Shown: in pieces, positions 35,285 to 43,877 of the stretch
Layout of the letters: each line of letters starts with the position of its first letter
Position numbering within the stretch: position 1 is the first letter of the stretch
Assembly (NCBI GenBank): GCA_934757825.1
Contig: CAKVLP010000001.1
Location: 93,834 to 157,833 of the forward strand
Length of the DNA stretch: 64,000 bases
Direction of reading: 5' to 3'
DNA from: an uncultured Clostridia bacterium
GTDB taxonomy: Bacteria; Bacillota; Clostridia; Christensenellales; UBA1242
The notes under the pieces: generated by a model
What the model was told of the DNA's origin: nothing
The model's database searches: none
Seen by the model: the letters and a program-made list of their open reading frames with translations, nothing else
Position numbers and translations under genes: made by a program

Positions 35285-36088
35285 CTAGCCTTGATTTTTT
35301 AAATATTCCTTATACACAATATCTTTTTTAAGCCCTCTTAATTTTGCCACTTGTTTTATGGCATCGTTCTTACTAACACCGTCTTTTATAAGCCCATCTA
35401 TCTGTTCGGATATCGTTTCACTAAACTCAGGCGCACTCTCCACAGCCCCCTTTACAACAAGTACAAATTCGCCTTTAACAAGCCCCTCATAACCGCGCTT
35501 CAAAGTCGAAAAACTAACTTCTTCAAACTTTTTACTTATTTCCCTTACAACACATATGTCTCTATCGTTTATGACATCAAATATGGACTTTATGTCAGAA
35601 AGTATACTATGTGGTGACAAATAGAATACCAAAGTACTTTTTAAATCCTTATATGGCAAAAGTAGTTTTTTTATGTCATTTTTCTTATTTGGCAAAAATC
35701 CAATAAATGTAACAGGCGTAGGAAACCCGCTTAAAATAAACGCATTAACAAATGCCGAAGGCCCCGACACAACGGTGTATGGAAGATTATTTTCAATAAG
35801 CGCATTAACCAAAATATTGCCCGGGTCGGAAATGCAAGGCATTCCCGCATCTGAAATAACTGCGAGATTTTTGCCTTCTTTTTGCTCGGCAATAATTTTG
35901 TCTATCATACTTTTTTCATTAAATTTGTGATAGGAAATAAGAGGTTTTTTAATGTCATAATGACTAAGCAAAGTAAGGCTTGTGCGAGTGTCTTCGCACG
36001 CAATAGTGTCCACGTTTTTTAGCGTCTCAACAGCACAGTATGTTATCTCTTTTAAGTTCCCAATTGGGGTGCCAACAAAATAAACCAT
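35285..36088 (-). CDS. rsmI: 16S rRNA (cytidine1402-2'-O)-methyltransferase
   Basis: YFVGTPIGNLKEITYCAVETLKNVDTIACEDTR and ISDAGMPCISDPG. Confidence 0.9.
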   Translation of the reverse strand: MVYFVGTPIGNLKEITYCAVETLKNVDTIACEDTRTSLTLLSHYDIKKPLISYHKFNEKSMIDKIIAEQKEGKNLAVISDAGMPCISDPGNILVNALIENNLPYTVVSGPSAFVNAFILSGFPTPVTFIGFLPNKKNDIKKLLLPYKDLKSTLVFYLSPHSILSDIKSIFDVINDRDICVVREISKKFEEVSFSTLKRGYEGLVKGEFVLVVKGAVESAPEFSETISEQIDGLIKDGVSKNDAIKQVAKLRGLKKDIVYKEYLKNQG

Positions 36089-36090
36089 AT

Positions 36091-36756
36091 CTATCTAGTG
36101 ATTATTTTTAAACCACTTTTCCCTCCTTTTTTTGCTTCCATAAGTATAACGCACGCACCTTTTTCGCTATGGATAAGTTTTATGCGTTTTGGCTCAACGC
36201 CATATTTTCTGCAATACACAAACATATCGGTCAAGCGTTCTTCTTTGTTGACCATATACAACCTGCCACCAAATTTTAATAGCGCGCTCGACTCTTTTAT
36301 TATCTCTTCAAGTGTGACTTTTACTTCGTGTTTTGCGATGTTTATATTTTCTTTTTCGGACAATTTTCCAGCGTCTTTGTATGGTGGATTACATACGACC
36401 ACATTGTATCCCGTATCAATTTTTAAGTGAATGTTTTGAAGGGGCGCATTAACAACTTCAATGTGATCCTCTTGCCCATTGTACTCCACACTTCTTCTGC
36501 TCATATCGGCAAGGTATTCTTGAATTTCCACACACACCACTTTTTTTACGTGGCATTTTGTTTCTATCAAAATTCCCACAACTCCACTGCCACTACAAAG
36601 GTCGACCACCGAGTCGTTTGGTTTGCATTTTGCAAAATTTGCTAACAAAACAGAATCCGACGTGAAACAATATTCATTCGGATTCTGAATTACATACTTA
36701 TTATCTATTTGCAGGTCGTCCAACCTTTCGTTATTTTTTAGAATGTTGTTTTTCAT
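36091..36756 (-). CDS. SAM-dependent N6-adenine methyltransferase (YabB / tRNA m6A37 TrmN6-like)
   Basis: VVDLCSGSGVVG (SAM motif I) and the VVCNPPY catalytic motif. Synteny with ricT and rsmI as in Bacillus yabB. Confidence 0.75.
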   Translation of the reverse strand: MKNNILKNNERLDDLQIDNKYVIQNPNEYCFTSDSVLLANFAKCKPNDSVVDLCSGSGVVGILIETKCHVKKVVCVEIQEYLADMSRRSVEYNGQEDHIEVVNAPLQNIHLKIDTGYNVVVCNPPYKDAGKLSEKENINIAKHEVKVTLEEIIKESSALLKFGGRLYMVNKEERLTDMFVYCRKYGVEPKRIKLIHSEKGACVILMEAKKGGKSGLKIITR

Positions 36757-37567
36757 TTTTGCTATCCATTTTGATTTCGGCTAGCGGATATTCCTCAATT
36801 TTCACCGAATCGTCGTTTACGTATTTTACGGTTACGGTTTGTTTTAGAAGGTTGTTGTACACAACAATGCCTTCGCCGTCTTTTGTGGTTACTTTCGAGT
36901 TTAGTTTTGGCATTTTGGCGCTTACTTCGCTATAATAATCGTTTTCGTATGCTAGGCAACACATTAGTCTTCCACACACTCCACTTATTTTTGAAGTGTT
37001 TAGCGACAATCCTTGCGTTTTTGCCATTTTGATGCTAACCTTGTCAAAATCGTTAAGATATTGTTTACAACAGCATTCCTTTCCACACTCGCCTATTCCG
37101 CCTACAAGTTTTGCTTGATCGCGAATGCCGATTTGTCTTAGTTCGATGCGTGATTTTAGAATGTTTGCAAGATCCTTAACCAAGTCTCTAAAATCAACCC
37201 TATCCTCGCACACAAAGTCGATTATGACCTTTTGCCCGTCAAGCGTAAATGACACGTCCACAACCTTCATATCTAGGTTATATTTCTTTACAAGTTTTTC
37301 GGTCTCTTCCATTACTTTTGGGCGTTTTTTATTTAGTTCCGCAACTTTATTAAGGTCTTTTTCTGTTGCCAGTCTCAAAATTGGCGCAAGTGGCAAAACG
37401 AGTTTTTCGTCGTCTTCCTCGTACACTTCGGTCGCAATATAGCCCACTTCTTTGCCTCGCGAAGTTTCCACAACGACAGCCTTGCCCTTTTCAAGCCCAT
37501 CAACAGTCGGCATAAATGTAAAAATTTTGCCACCGTCCTTAAACTTAACACCTATTACTTTCGGCAT
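36731..37567 (-). CDS. ricT: PSP1-domain protein RicT/YaaT
   Basis: Cys cluster GECGKECCCKQYL...GVCGRLMCCLAYE, characteristic of YaaT/PSP1. Lies downstream of holB. Confidence 0.85.
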   Translation of the reverse strand: MPKVIGVKFKDGGKIFTFMPTVDGLEKGKAVVVETSRGKEVGYIATEVYEEDDEKLVLPLAPILRLATEKDLNKVAELNKKRPKVMEETEKLVKKYNLDMKVVDVSFTLDGQKVIIDFVCEDRVDFRDLVKDLANILKSRIELRQIGIRDQAKLVGGIGECGKECCCKQYLNDFDKVSIKMAKTQGLSLNTSKISGVCGRLMCCLAYENDYYSEVSAKMPKLNSKVTTKDGEGIVVYNNLLKQTVTVKYVNDDSVKIEEYPLAEIKMDSKNEKQHSKK

Positions 37568-38487
37568 AAATATTTAACCTCCAATATTCCCATAAGCAAC
37601 CCGTCGATTACTGCGTTTGGGTTGCAATTGCTCTTAATTTTCTTGATTCCTTCTTGTACTTTTTGAGTGATTAAAACCACTTCTTTGCTGGAAATTCCTA
37701 CGTTTTCGCCGTTTACAATCTTCGCCATTAGTTCACCCAAGTATTCTACAAGTAGGTTTAAAAACTCTTCCATATCACTTGAAATTTGTGTCAAATTGTA
37801 TCCGCATTTTAGCACGTTTTCGCTTGAATTTAGCCTTAAAACAACATCTTCGCACATCTGTTTTAACGAAATAAGGTTTGAATTTTTAATATACTTCATT
37901 GCGGTGGTGACACTGCCCGCGCTAAGATGCGCAATCTCACTAGCCTCTGCCTGAGTTTCGCCAAACGCGCGCACAATGTAGTCCGTCAAATCCGCATCTT
38001 CAATCTGCGGAATTGTAATTTTTTTACACCTCGATTTCACAGTCGGCAACACGTTGTTTTCATTGCTTGTTGTTAGGATAAAAACAACGCTTTTAGGCGG
38101 TTCTTCCAAGGTTTTTAGCAATTTGTTTTGCGCCTGAATTGTGGCTAAATCAAAGTCTTTTAAGATATATATTTTCTTATCCGCTTCGAGTGGCAAAACG
38201 TAACTTTCGCTCACAATTTTGTTGACGTCATCGGTCAAAATCGGCTTGTCGTTTTGCGGATAGGTTTCCACATCGCTATGCGTGCCGTTTTTCACGCGGT
38301 TGCATGTTGTACACACAAAACAAGGTTCTGGTTTGTCGCACATCAATTCGCTTGCCACGCACCTAGCAAACTCGTTTCCAAGCGCCCTGTCGGTGGATAT
38401 GAGCAAATATGCGTGGTTTAACATTCCACCCTGCTTGTCGCGATTGATGATTTTATGAAGATTTGACTGCAAGTACAATTTTTCCAT
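37555..38487 (-). CDS. holB: DNA polymerase III subunit delta'
   Basis: HAYLLIS, zinc module CDKPEPCFVCTTCNRVKNGTHSDV, LLKTLEEPP and SRC (VKSRCKK). Confidence 0.9.
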   Translation of the reverse strand: MEKLYLQSNLHKIINRDKQGGMLNHAYLLISTDRALGNEFARCVASELMCDKPEPCFVCTTCNRVKNGTHSDVETYPQNDKPILTDDVNKIVSESYVLPLEADKKIYILKDFDLATIQAQNKLLKTLEEPPKSVVFILTTSNENNVLPTVKSRCKKITIPQIEDADLTDYIVRAFGETQAEASEIAHLSAGSVTTAMKYIKNSNLISLKQMCEDVVLRLNSSENVLKCGYNLTQISSDMEEFLNLLVEYLGELMAKIVNGENVGISSKEVVLITQKVQEGIKKIKSNCNPNAVIDGLLMGILEVKYLCRK

Positions 38488-38583
38488 AGTTCCATTTTAA
38501 CACAAAAACACCCAAATACAAATACTTTTTTAGTTAAAATTAACAACATAATCGCCTTTTATCAATATTTTTGCCCAAATATA

Positions 38584-38613
38584 TTGACACCAATGCCACA
38601 AATTTAATATAAT
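38584..38613 (+). promoter_or_regulatory. Near-consensus sigma-A promoter reading into the tRNA-half / tRNA-Thr array
   Basis: TTGACA (38584-38589), 18-nt spacer, TATAAT (38608-38613). Confidence 0.5.
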
Positions 38614-38834
38614 ACATATGCAAATTTATGTTGTGGCTTGCCGGATCTCAAATTATACTTCGACAATTGATGTAAAAATCACCCCTTACACTACTCCATC
38701 GGAATTATAATTTGCACTTTGCTAGGAATAAACAAAAACGCTCTCTAATCAAAGTCCAAATCACATTTCCTGGTAAAGCAAAACAACATAATTTAGCAAA
38801 CAACAAGCTAAAAATTGCAGAACATTTGGTTCGT

Positions 38835-38871
38835 GCTGGTGTGGCTCAGCGGTAGAGCACCACCTTGGTAA
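38835..38871 (+). pseudogene. tRNA-Thr(GGU) 5' half, ending exactly after the anticodon loop, copy 1
   Basis: GCTGGTG-TG-GCTC-AGCGGTA-GAGC-A-CCACC-TTGGTAA. No complementary 3' strands follow. Confidence 0.8.
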
Positions 38872-38934
38872 AACAAAAACAGCACTTTTTCATCACTAAA
38901 TTTCACCGCAAAAATCGTTCAAAAACAGCACTAT

Positions 38935-38971
38935 GCTGGTGTGGCTCAGCGGTAGAGCACCACCTTGGTAA
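38935..38971 (+). pseudogene. tRNA-Thr(GGU) 5' half, copy 2 (37/37 identical to copy 1)
   Basis: Same 37-mer, starting exactly 100 bp after copy 1. The flanking 63-nt spacers are unrelated to each other. Confidence 0.8.
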
Positions 38972-39034
38972 GATTTGAAATGTCTAAAGTTACCGACTTA
39001 AAAACTTAATAAATTAGCCTATTTTTATAGATAT

Positions 39035-39109
39035 GCTACTGTGGCTCAGCGGTAGAGCACTGCCTTGGTAAGGCAGGGGTCACGGGTCCGATTCCCGTCA
39101 GTAGCTCCA
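39035..39109 (+). tRNA. tRNA-Thr (anticodon GGU), with encoded CCA
   Basis: Manual cloverleaf. Acceptor GCTACTG/CAGTAGC, D-arm GCTC-AGCGGTA-GAGC, anticodon arm CTGCC-TTGGTAA-GGCAG, variable loop GGGTC, T-arm ACGGG-TCCGATT-CCCGT, discriminator T, then CCA. Confidence 0.85.
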
Positions 39110-39316
39110 CTCATTAAAAGTCGCTAAATCCCTTTATTTTCCTAGGGTTTTGGCGATTTTTTATTCTTATTTTTTAACGAAGATTTTAAGTCTAAAAAAC
39201 ATTTGCTGTCAATTTTTGGTGCAATTGCTGTCAATATTTGCTCCATAAAAAAGACCGATAGTCAAAAAATCAACTCTCGGTCTAATTCGCTCTAAAACTC
39301 CCTAAAACTAGTGTAA

Positions 39317-39340
39317 TAGGTGTAAACTAGTGTAGTAAAA
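39317..39340 (+). repeat. Left copy of the imperfect direct repeat flanking the island
   Basis: TAGGTGTAAA-CT-AGTGTAGTAAA. The right copy reads TAGGTGTAAA-AAAA-GTGTAGTAAA. The upstream ~17 nt are also similar (CCCTAAAACTAGTGTAA versus CACTAAAATTGTTAATT). Confidence 0.45.
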
Positions 39341-39341
39341 T

Positions 39342-39725
39342 TTATTTTAATACTATCCAACCAGCGCCATTGCTACGCCTAACTTTTATTGGTTTTATCT
39401 TTTTAACATAATCAAGCCAAATTAAAGTACAATATTTCTTTTGAAGAGTTGTTTGCCAGTCTTCAAACTTATCGGTTCCAATTTCTTTGCCATATTTTAT
39501 TCTTATGTCTTCAACAATATGTGGTGTGAGTTCGAAGTATTTTACATCTTTCACTTTTGCAGTTGCCGTTACATCTTTGCCAGTTTCTTTTAATAGTATC
39601 TCGTCTCCAACAGAGACTTTGTTGTATGGTGCAACTTTATGCATACTCCATCTGCTTTCTATTGTTTTTTCTCCATTTAAAACCATATTAAAAAACGGCT
39701 GTTTTAAAATTGCAATATGTTTCAT
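39342..39725 (-). CDS. ASCH (PUA-like) domain protein
   Basis: Start MKHIAILKQPFFNMVLNGEKTIESRW at 39725. This N-terminal pattern and a size of ~127 aa are typical of ASCH domains. Confidence 0.65.
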   Translation of the reverse strand: MKHIAILKQPFFNMVLNGEKTIESRWSMHKVAPYNKVSVGDEILLKETGKDVTATAKVKDVKYFELTPHIVEDIRIKYGKEIGTDKFEDWQTTLQKKYCTLIWLDYVKKIKPIKVRRSNGAGWIVLK

Positions 39726-39741
39726 CTTTTTTACCTTTTCA

Positions 39742-40578
39742 TTAATTTTGTTTACAATACAATTCATATTTAGCAAGCATTCTTTGCATTGCTTTGTCTT
39801 CTTTGTTTATTAGGTTTTTTGCTTCTTCAATAGATACCCATTTAATTTCAGTCGATTCATTTGAAATTTCAAAAGACTTATTTTTAACTAAAAATAAAAA
39901 ATTTATATCATAATGGAAATGTTCAGGTTCATTTTTCTTTGCACTATAAGCAATTTGTTGAACATCAACATCAAATATGTCGTTTGAAATAAGTTTACAA
40001 TCATAAATTCCAGTTTCTTCGCTTATTTCTCTGCGAGCGACATTAATACAATTAGCATCACCATCACTATGTCCACCAAATTGGAACCACATTCCTGTCT
40101 TTTTGTGATGATTTAGTAATACATTGCCTTTACCATCAACAACAAGCCCACCTGCTGTTACATGACCTTTCAAATTAGACCTATCGTAACAGTTTGTATT
40201 ATTTGTTAAAAAATTCTGAACAATTCTAACATTCTCTTTTTCTTGTTCGTTAAATGGCTTGTAGTTGTTGAGTTCGCTAATAAGGTTGAATTCATGATAA
40301 ATAATTTCCTTGCCTAATTTATTCGCATACTCTATTTCAAGTTTAGTAGAATTACCAATATATCCGTCAATATTTACAACATAAATAGCATCTGAAAGTT
40401 CTATTCTTTTTAAATGTTCATTTTTTAATGAATTCAAATCTTCACTTGTTAAGTTTGCAAAATCCAAATCATAAACACATTGTAAAACACACCAGCCTTT
40501 ATCTATCGCCAAAATCCCAGCAATTCTTTGCATTTCTTTTGCAAATTTCATACTTCCACAAATAGTTACTACTTTCAT
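39742..40578 (-). CDS. Fusion protein: nucleoside 2-deoxyribosyltransferase-like domain + Nudix hydrolase
   Basis: The N-terminus MKVVTICGSMKFAKEM...SDAIYVVNIDGYIGNSTKLEIEYANKLGKEI is an NDT/DUF4406-like Rossmannoid. The C-terminus carries the Nudix box GGHSDGDANCINVARREISEETGI. Confidence 0.65.
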   Translation of the reverse strand: MKVVTICGSMKFAKEMQRIAGILAIDKGWCVLQCVYDLDFANLTSEDLNSLKNEHLKRIELSDAIYVVNIDGYIGNSTKLEIEYANKLGKEIIYHEFNLISELNNYKPFNEQEKENVRIVQNFLTNNTNCYDRSNLKGHVTAGGLVVDGKGNVLLNHHKKTGMWFQFGGHSDGDANCINVARREISEETGIYDCKLISNDIFDVDVQQIAYSAKKNEPEHFHYDINFLFLVKNKSFEISNESTEIKWVSIEEAKNLINKEDKAMQRMLAKYELYCKQN

Positions 40579-40636
40579 AATATATTCCCTCTAATGAGAG
40601 TATATCATATTATTAGGGATTTTGTATAAATAATAA

Positions 40637-40984
40637 CTACATCTCAAAATCTTTTTCTCGTTTGCGCTTTCTTTCTTTTCGTTCTTTTAACATTTCTTCT
40701 AACATTAAATCAAAATCTTCATCAGACAAATTTTCCAGATTAGATTTCTTTTCTTTTTGTTCTTCTTTATTTTGATTGTTTTGCTTTCTCAAAATCTCAT
40801 TTTCATTTAATTTATCGTTTAAACGATTTGTGCTTTCTTTTACATAATCACTATTGACATTTTGTAGACAGTTATTGTGGTTTTCACATCACGATGACCT
40901 AAAAGATGTTGAATTACTTTTGGCCTTTATTCCCTTTGATTTGAGAAAAATTAAATTTGTGCCTGTGATATGTAATAATGGGGT
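40637..40984 (-). pseudogene. Tyrosine recombinase (phage-type integrase) C-terminal remnant, frameshifted
   Basis: Reverse-strand frames read PIITYHRHKFNFSQIKGNKGQK* and then, in another frame, VIQHLLGHRDVKTTITVYK (the LGH...TT..Y catalytic-Tyr motif). A third frame reads NSDYVKESTNRLNDKL...KRKREKDFEM*. No N-terminal part or start codon remains. Confidence 0.6.
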
Positions 40985-41133
40985 CTATGTTTTAACAAAA
41001 AATATTAAATATCAAAGTAAAAATTGTTTTATTTTTAATTATTTAACAATTTGTATTTATGAAAATAAATTTTATTGTGATTTTTTATTTAATATGATAT
41101 AATTTATTCATAATATTACATAAGGGAGTAATT

Positions 41134-41553
41134 ATGAAATTTTTTAGAGGTTTAAAGGCAACGTTTGAAGCTATCGGAAAACTTTGGAGAATAGAAAGAA
41201 AAAGAGATACCGAAATCAATCGCAATCCAACAGAAGAAGAATTAAAAGATAATAAAAAAGGGAAATTATCTATTGTTGTAACTATTGTCAGCACCATTGT
41301 TTATTTGATTGCATTCATATTGGTTGCTAGTTCATGGCAGGTAAATATTGGCTTGGGTATTTTTGTTTTAGTTTTGGTTTTGATTTTTACACCTTCAATT
41401 CAAATAAAAGCAATCAATTTAGCAAAACAACAACGAAAAATCAACGGGAAAGGCACTACGGCATTGATTCTTGCAAATGTTTTACCAACCATTGCATTGG
41501 TTGGTGGTGTGCTATTCTTTGCATTAGGTGGAATGTATATTTTCTTTAAATAA
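41134..41553 (+). CDS. Hypothetical membrane protein (3-4 TM)
   Basis: 139 aa with RBS AAGGGAG. Hydrophobic helices follow a charged N-terminus, and a terminator hairpin sits at 41573-41594. Confidence 0.6.
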   Translation: MKFFRGLKATFEAIGKLWRIERKRDTEINRNPTEEELKDNKKGKLSIVVTIVSTIVYLIAFILVASSWQVNIGLGIFVLVLVLIFTPSIQIKAINLAKQQRKINGKGTTALILANVLPTIALVGGVLFFALGGMYIFFK

Positions 41554-41618
41554 GAAAACAAAACACAAAAAAATACAACCTTGCTCGGTTGTATTTTTTT
41601 TGCTTTGATAAAAAGTTG

Positions 41619-43682
41619 TTATATTGTTTTATTCTTATATATTTGAACAAGTAAATATTGTACAAAAGGATCCCAGTTGTCATCACCAGAATAAGAAATT
41701 TCTATAACTAAATTACAATAATTTTCTGTACTTTTATCGGTTGTTAAAGTAAACTTTTGATACCTTGAATCTTTACCAACAATTGGTTCAAAATTTCCAG
41801 TAATATCGCTTGTAACTCCGGCAATATTATTTGCTCCAACTTCCATTGCTTTCCACTTAAAATTTACATCTTTATAATTATCATGATCAAGTGCTCCAAA
41901 TTTTAATTCAACAGTATTATCTGTATTGAATTTAATTGATTCACCGTTTGCAGGAGAACAAGATTGTTCAGCAATATTTCCTTTTGAAATCGTCCAGCTA
42001 TATTCAATATATCCTTCATTTTCGCCCGTTTTATCGTGTTTTGTGATTGTTATATTTTTATGAGGAGAATTAGTTGAATATTTTTCTTTATAATATAAAT
42101 TTGGATTAATATAACATTTTATAAAATAACTACCAACAGCTGAAGAATAAACATAGTTTTCAAAACCATCTTTTTCAAATTTAGCATTAGTATAAATACA
42201 ATAAGCTTTATTCGCTTCAAATGCTGTTTTCAAGCGTTGTGCAAGTTCTGTTTGCGTTGCGTCAGAAGAAATTAATTCATAATCTGATACATCTAGTTTG
42301 AATTTCATTTCTTGAGGATTACCATTGTTATCGGTTGAATACTTAAAGTTGTTTGGATCGTGTGAAACATCTAATATAGGTGCTTCATATGCAGATCTGT
42401 GAAGAATAATTGTAATTTCAAATTCTTGAGATTCAGCATAAAATTTTTCATAATAATTTTCATATCCTTTAGGCACAAACTTAACCCTAGTTGTTATTGT
42501 GTTTGTTTCACCTTTGGTGCTATCAAAGTTATATGTTTTAGGATTGACTTCCGCAAGGATGCCATAAATAGCAATTCTATCATCAATTTCGCCAGACAAT
42601 GTAAAATCCCACTCGGAATTTTCAAAATTATGCCATACTAATGTTTCATTTGTTAACTTATCATCATTTACTAAATTATTATTATTTTCGTCATTAAGGT
42701 CAGAATTGAAAAGTAATGATAGTTTACCATTTATTTTTGAATTATTGAAAAGTGAATTACCATTACCATTTGATATGCCTTTTAGTATTTCTTCAAGAGT
42801 GATACCTTTACAATTATCATGGTTAAAGGTGAAATCAATATTAAAGTTCTCTGCAGTTGCAACGATTTTTGATTTTTCTACAACAAGATGTTGATAAGCA
42901 GAATATGATTTAAGGTAATTTTCTTGTTCTGTTATTTCAGCAAAAATTAAATATTCACCTGGTCTCACGCTCTCTAAATTTGATAAATCAAAAGCACTAT
43001 AACTTTGAGAATTGTAAATTTCGTTTGGTTTTGGCAAAGCTTCGATTTCTTCTTGTTTTAGTGAAGAAATGTCGTAATTATAATAGTTTGTTGAATCATC
43101 ACTTTTATTTAAAATATAAATTTTTTCAACAATACTATCGTCTAATTTGGTATTGCCATTAAAAACGCTATAGTTGATACCTTTAAACTTTGTTCCATAG
43201 TAAATTTTATTTTCATCAATATTTCCCACTTTACTTGTAACTTTTAAAGTGTAGTTGCTATTGTTGTTTACTTTTGAAACATAGATATTAACTTCGCAAG
43301 AATTGTCTTTATAATTTAAAGTTAACCTCCAAGAGCCAGCTGTAAGATTTGAATCTTCACACATTTGAGTGTATTCTTCAAAAGTTTTAGTAACTCTACT
43401 TTCCTCTAAGCCATCAGCCGAAAAACTTACGGTTATTTGAACATTAGACAATTCAACATTTTCCTCAGAACCATCTGAATAATATGCTTTTATTTTTATA
43501 TTGTTAAGTCCAGTAGTATTACCAAAATCTCTGGTCTCGTGAATTGTTGTTGAATATTCAGCATCAGCCAAAGATACTTGAATGTTATTTAACTTTTTAT
43601 CATTACCGCAGGCACTTAACAAAAACACGCAAGGAATAATTAAGCAAAAAGCAAAAATAAAGCTCAACAATTTCTTTTTCAA
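41619..43682 (-). CDS. Large lipoprotein, N/Y/T/S-rich, unknown function
   Basis: 687 aa. Signal MKKKLLSFIFAFCLIIPCVFLLSACGND with a lipobox. No other motif recognised. Confidence 0.7.
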   Translation of the reverse strand: MKKKLLSFIFAFCLIIPCVFLLSACGNDKKLNNIQVSLADAEYSTTIHETRDFGNTTGLNNIKIKAYYSDGSEENVELSNVQITVSFSADGLEESRVTKTFEEYTQMCEDSNLTAGSWRLTLNYKDNSCEVNIYVSKVNNNSNYTLKVTSKVGNIDENKIYYGTKFKGINYSVFNGNTKLDDSIVEKIYILNKSDDSTNYYNYDISSLKQEEIEALPKPNEIYNSQSYSAFDLSNLESVRPGEYLIFAEITEQENYLKSYSAYQHLVVEKSKIVATAENFNIDFTFNHDNCKGITLEEILKGISNGNGNSLFNNSKINGKLSLLFNSDLNDENNNNLVNDDKLTNETLVWHNFENSEWDFTLSGEIDDRIAIYGILAEVNPKTYNFDSTKGETNTITTRVKFVPKGYENYYEKFYAESQEFEITIILHRSAYEAPILDVSHDPNNFKYSTDNNGNPQEMKFKLDVSDYELISSDATQTELAQRLKTAFEANKAYCIYTNAKFEKDGFENYVYSSAVGSYFIKCYINPNLYYKEKYSTNSPHKNITITKHDKTGENEGYIEYSWTISKGNIAEQSCSPANGESIKFNTDNTVELKFGALDHDNYKDVNFKWKAMEVGANNIAGVTSDITGNFEPIVGKDSRYQKFTLTTDKSTENYCNLVIEISYSGDDNWDPFVQYLLVQIYKNKTI

Positions 43683-43877
43683 TTTATTTTCCTCCTTAAA
43701 ATTGAATTCCTATTTTTATTATAGCATATATTTTAAGAAATCTTATACAAAATTTTAATTTTTTCAAAAATATTTTTGTTTAATATTATATTCATAAATA
43801 CATACAATTTCTCACAAATAAAAATAGCATTAGGTTATGTTCCTAGTGCTATTTTTTGATTTATGTATTTATTTTTA

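Noticed and set aside
38835-39109. The repeat-spacer look (37-nt identical repeats with unique 63-nt spacers) could suggest a mini CRISPR array.
   Set aside because: The repeat is unmistakably a tRNA 5' half (acceptor strand, D-arm, anticodon loop). The spacers are far longer than CRISPR spacers, there are only two identical units, and no cas genes are nearby.
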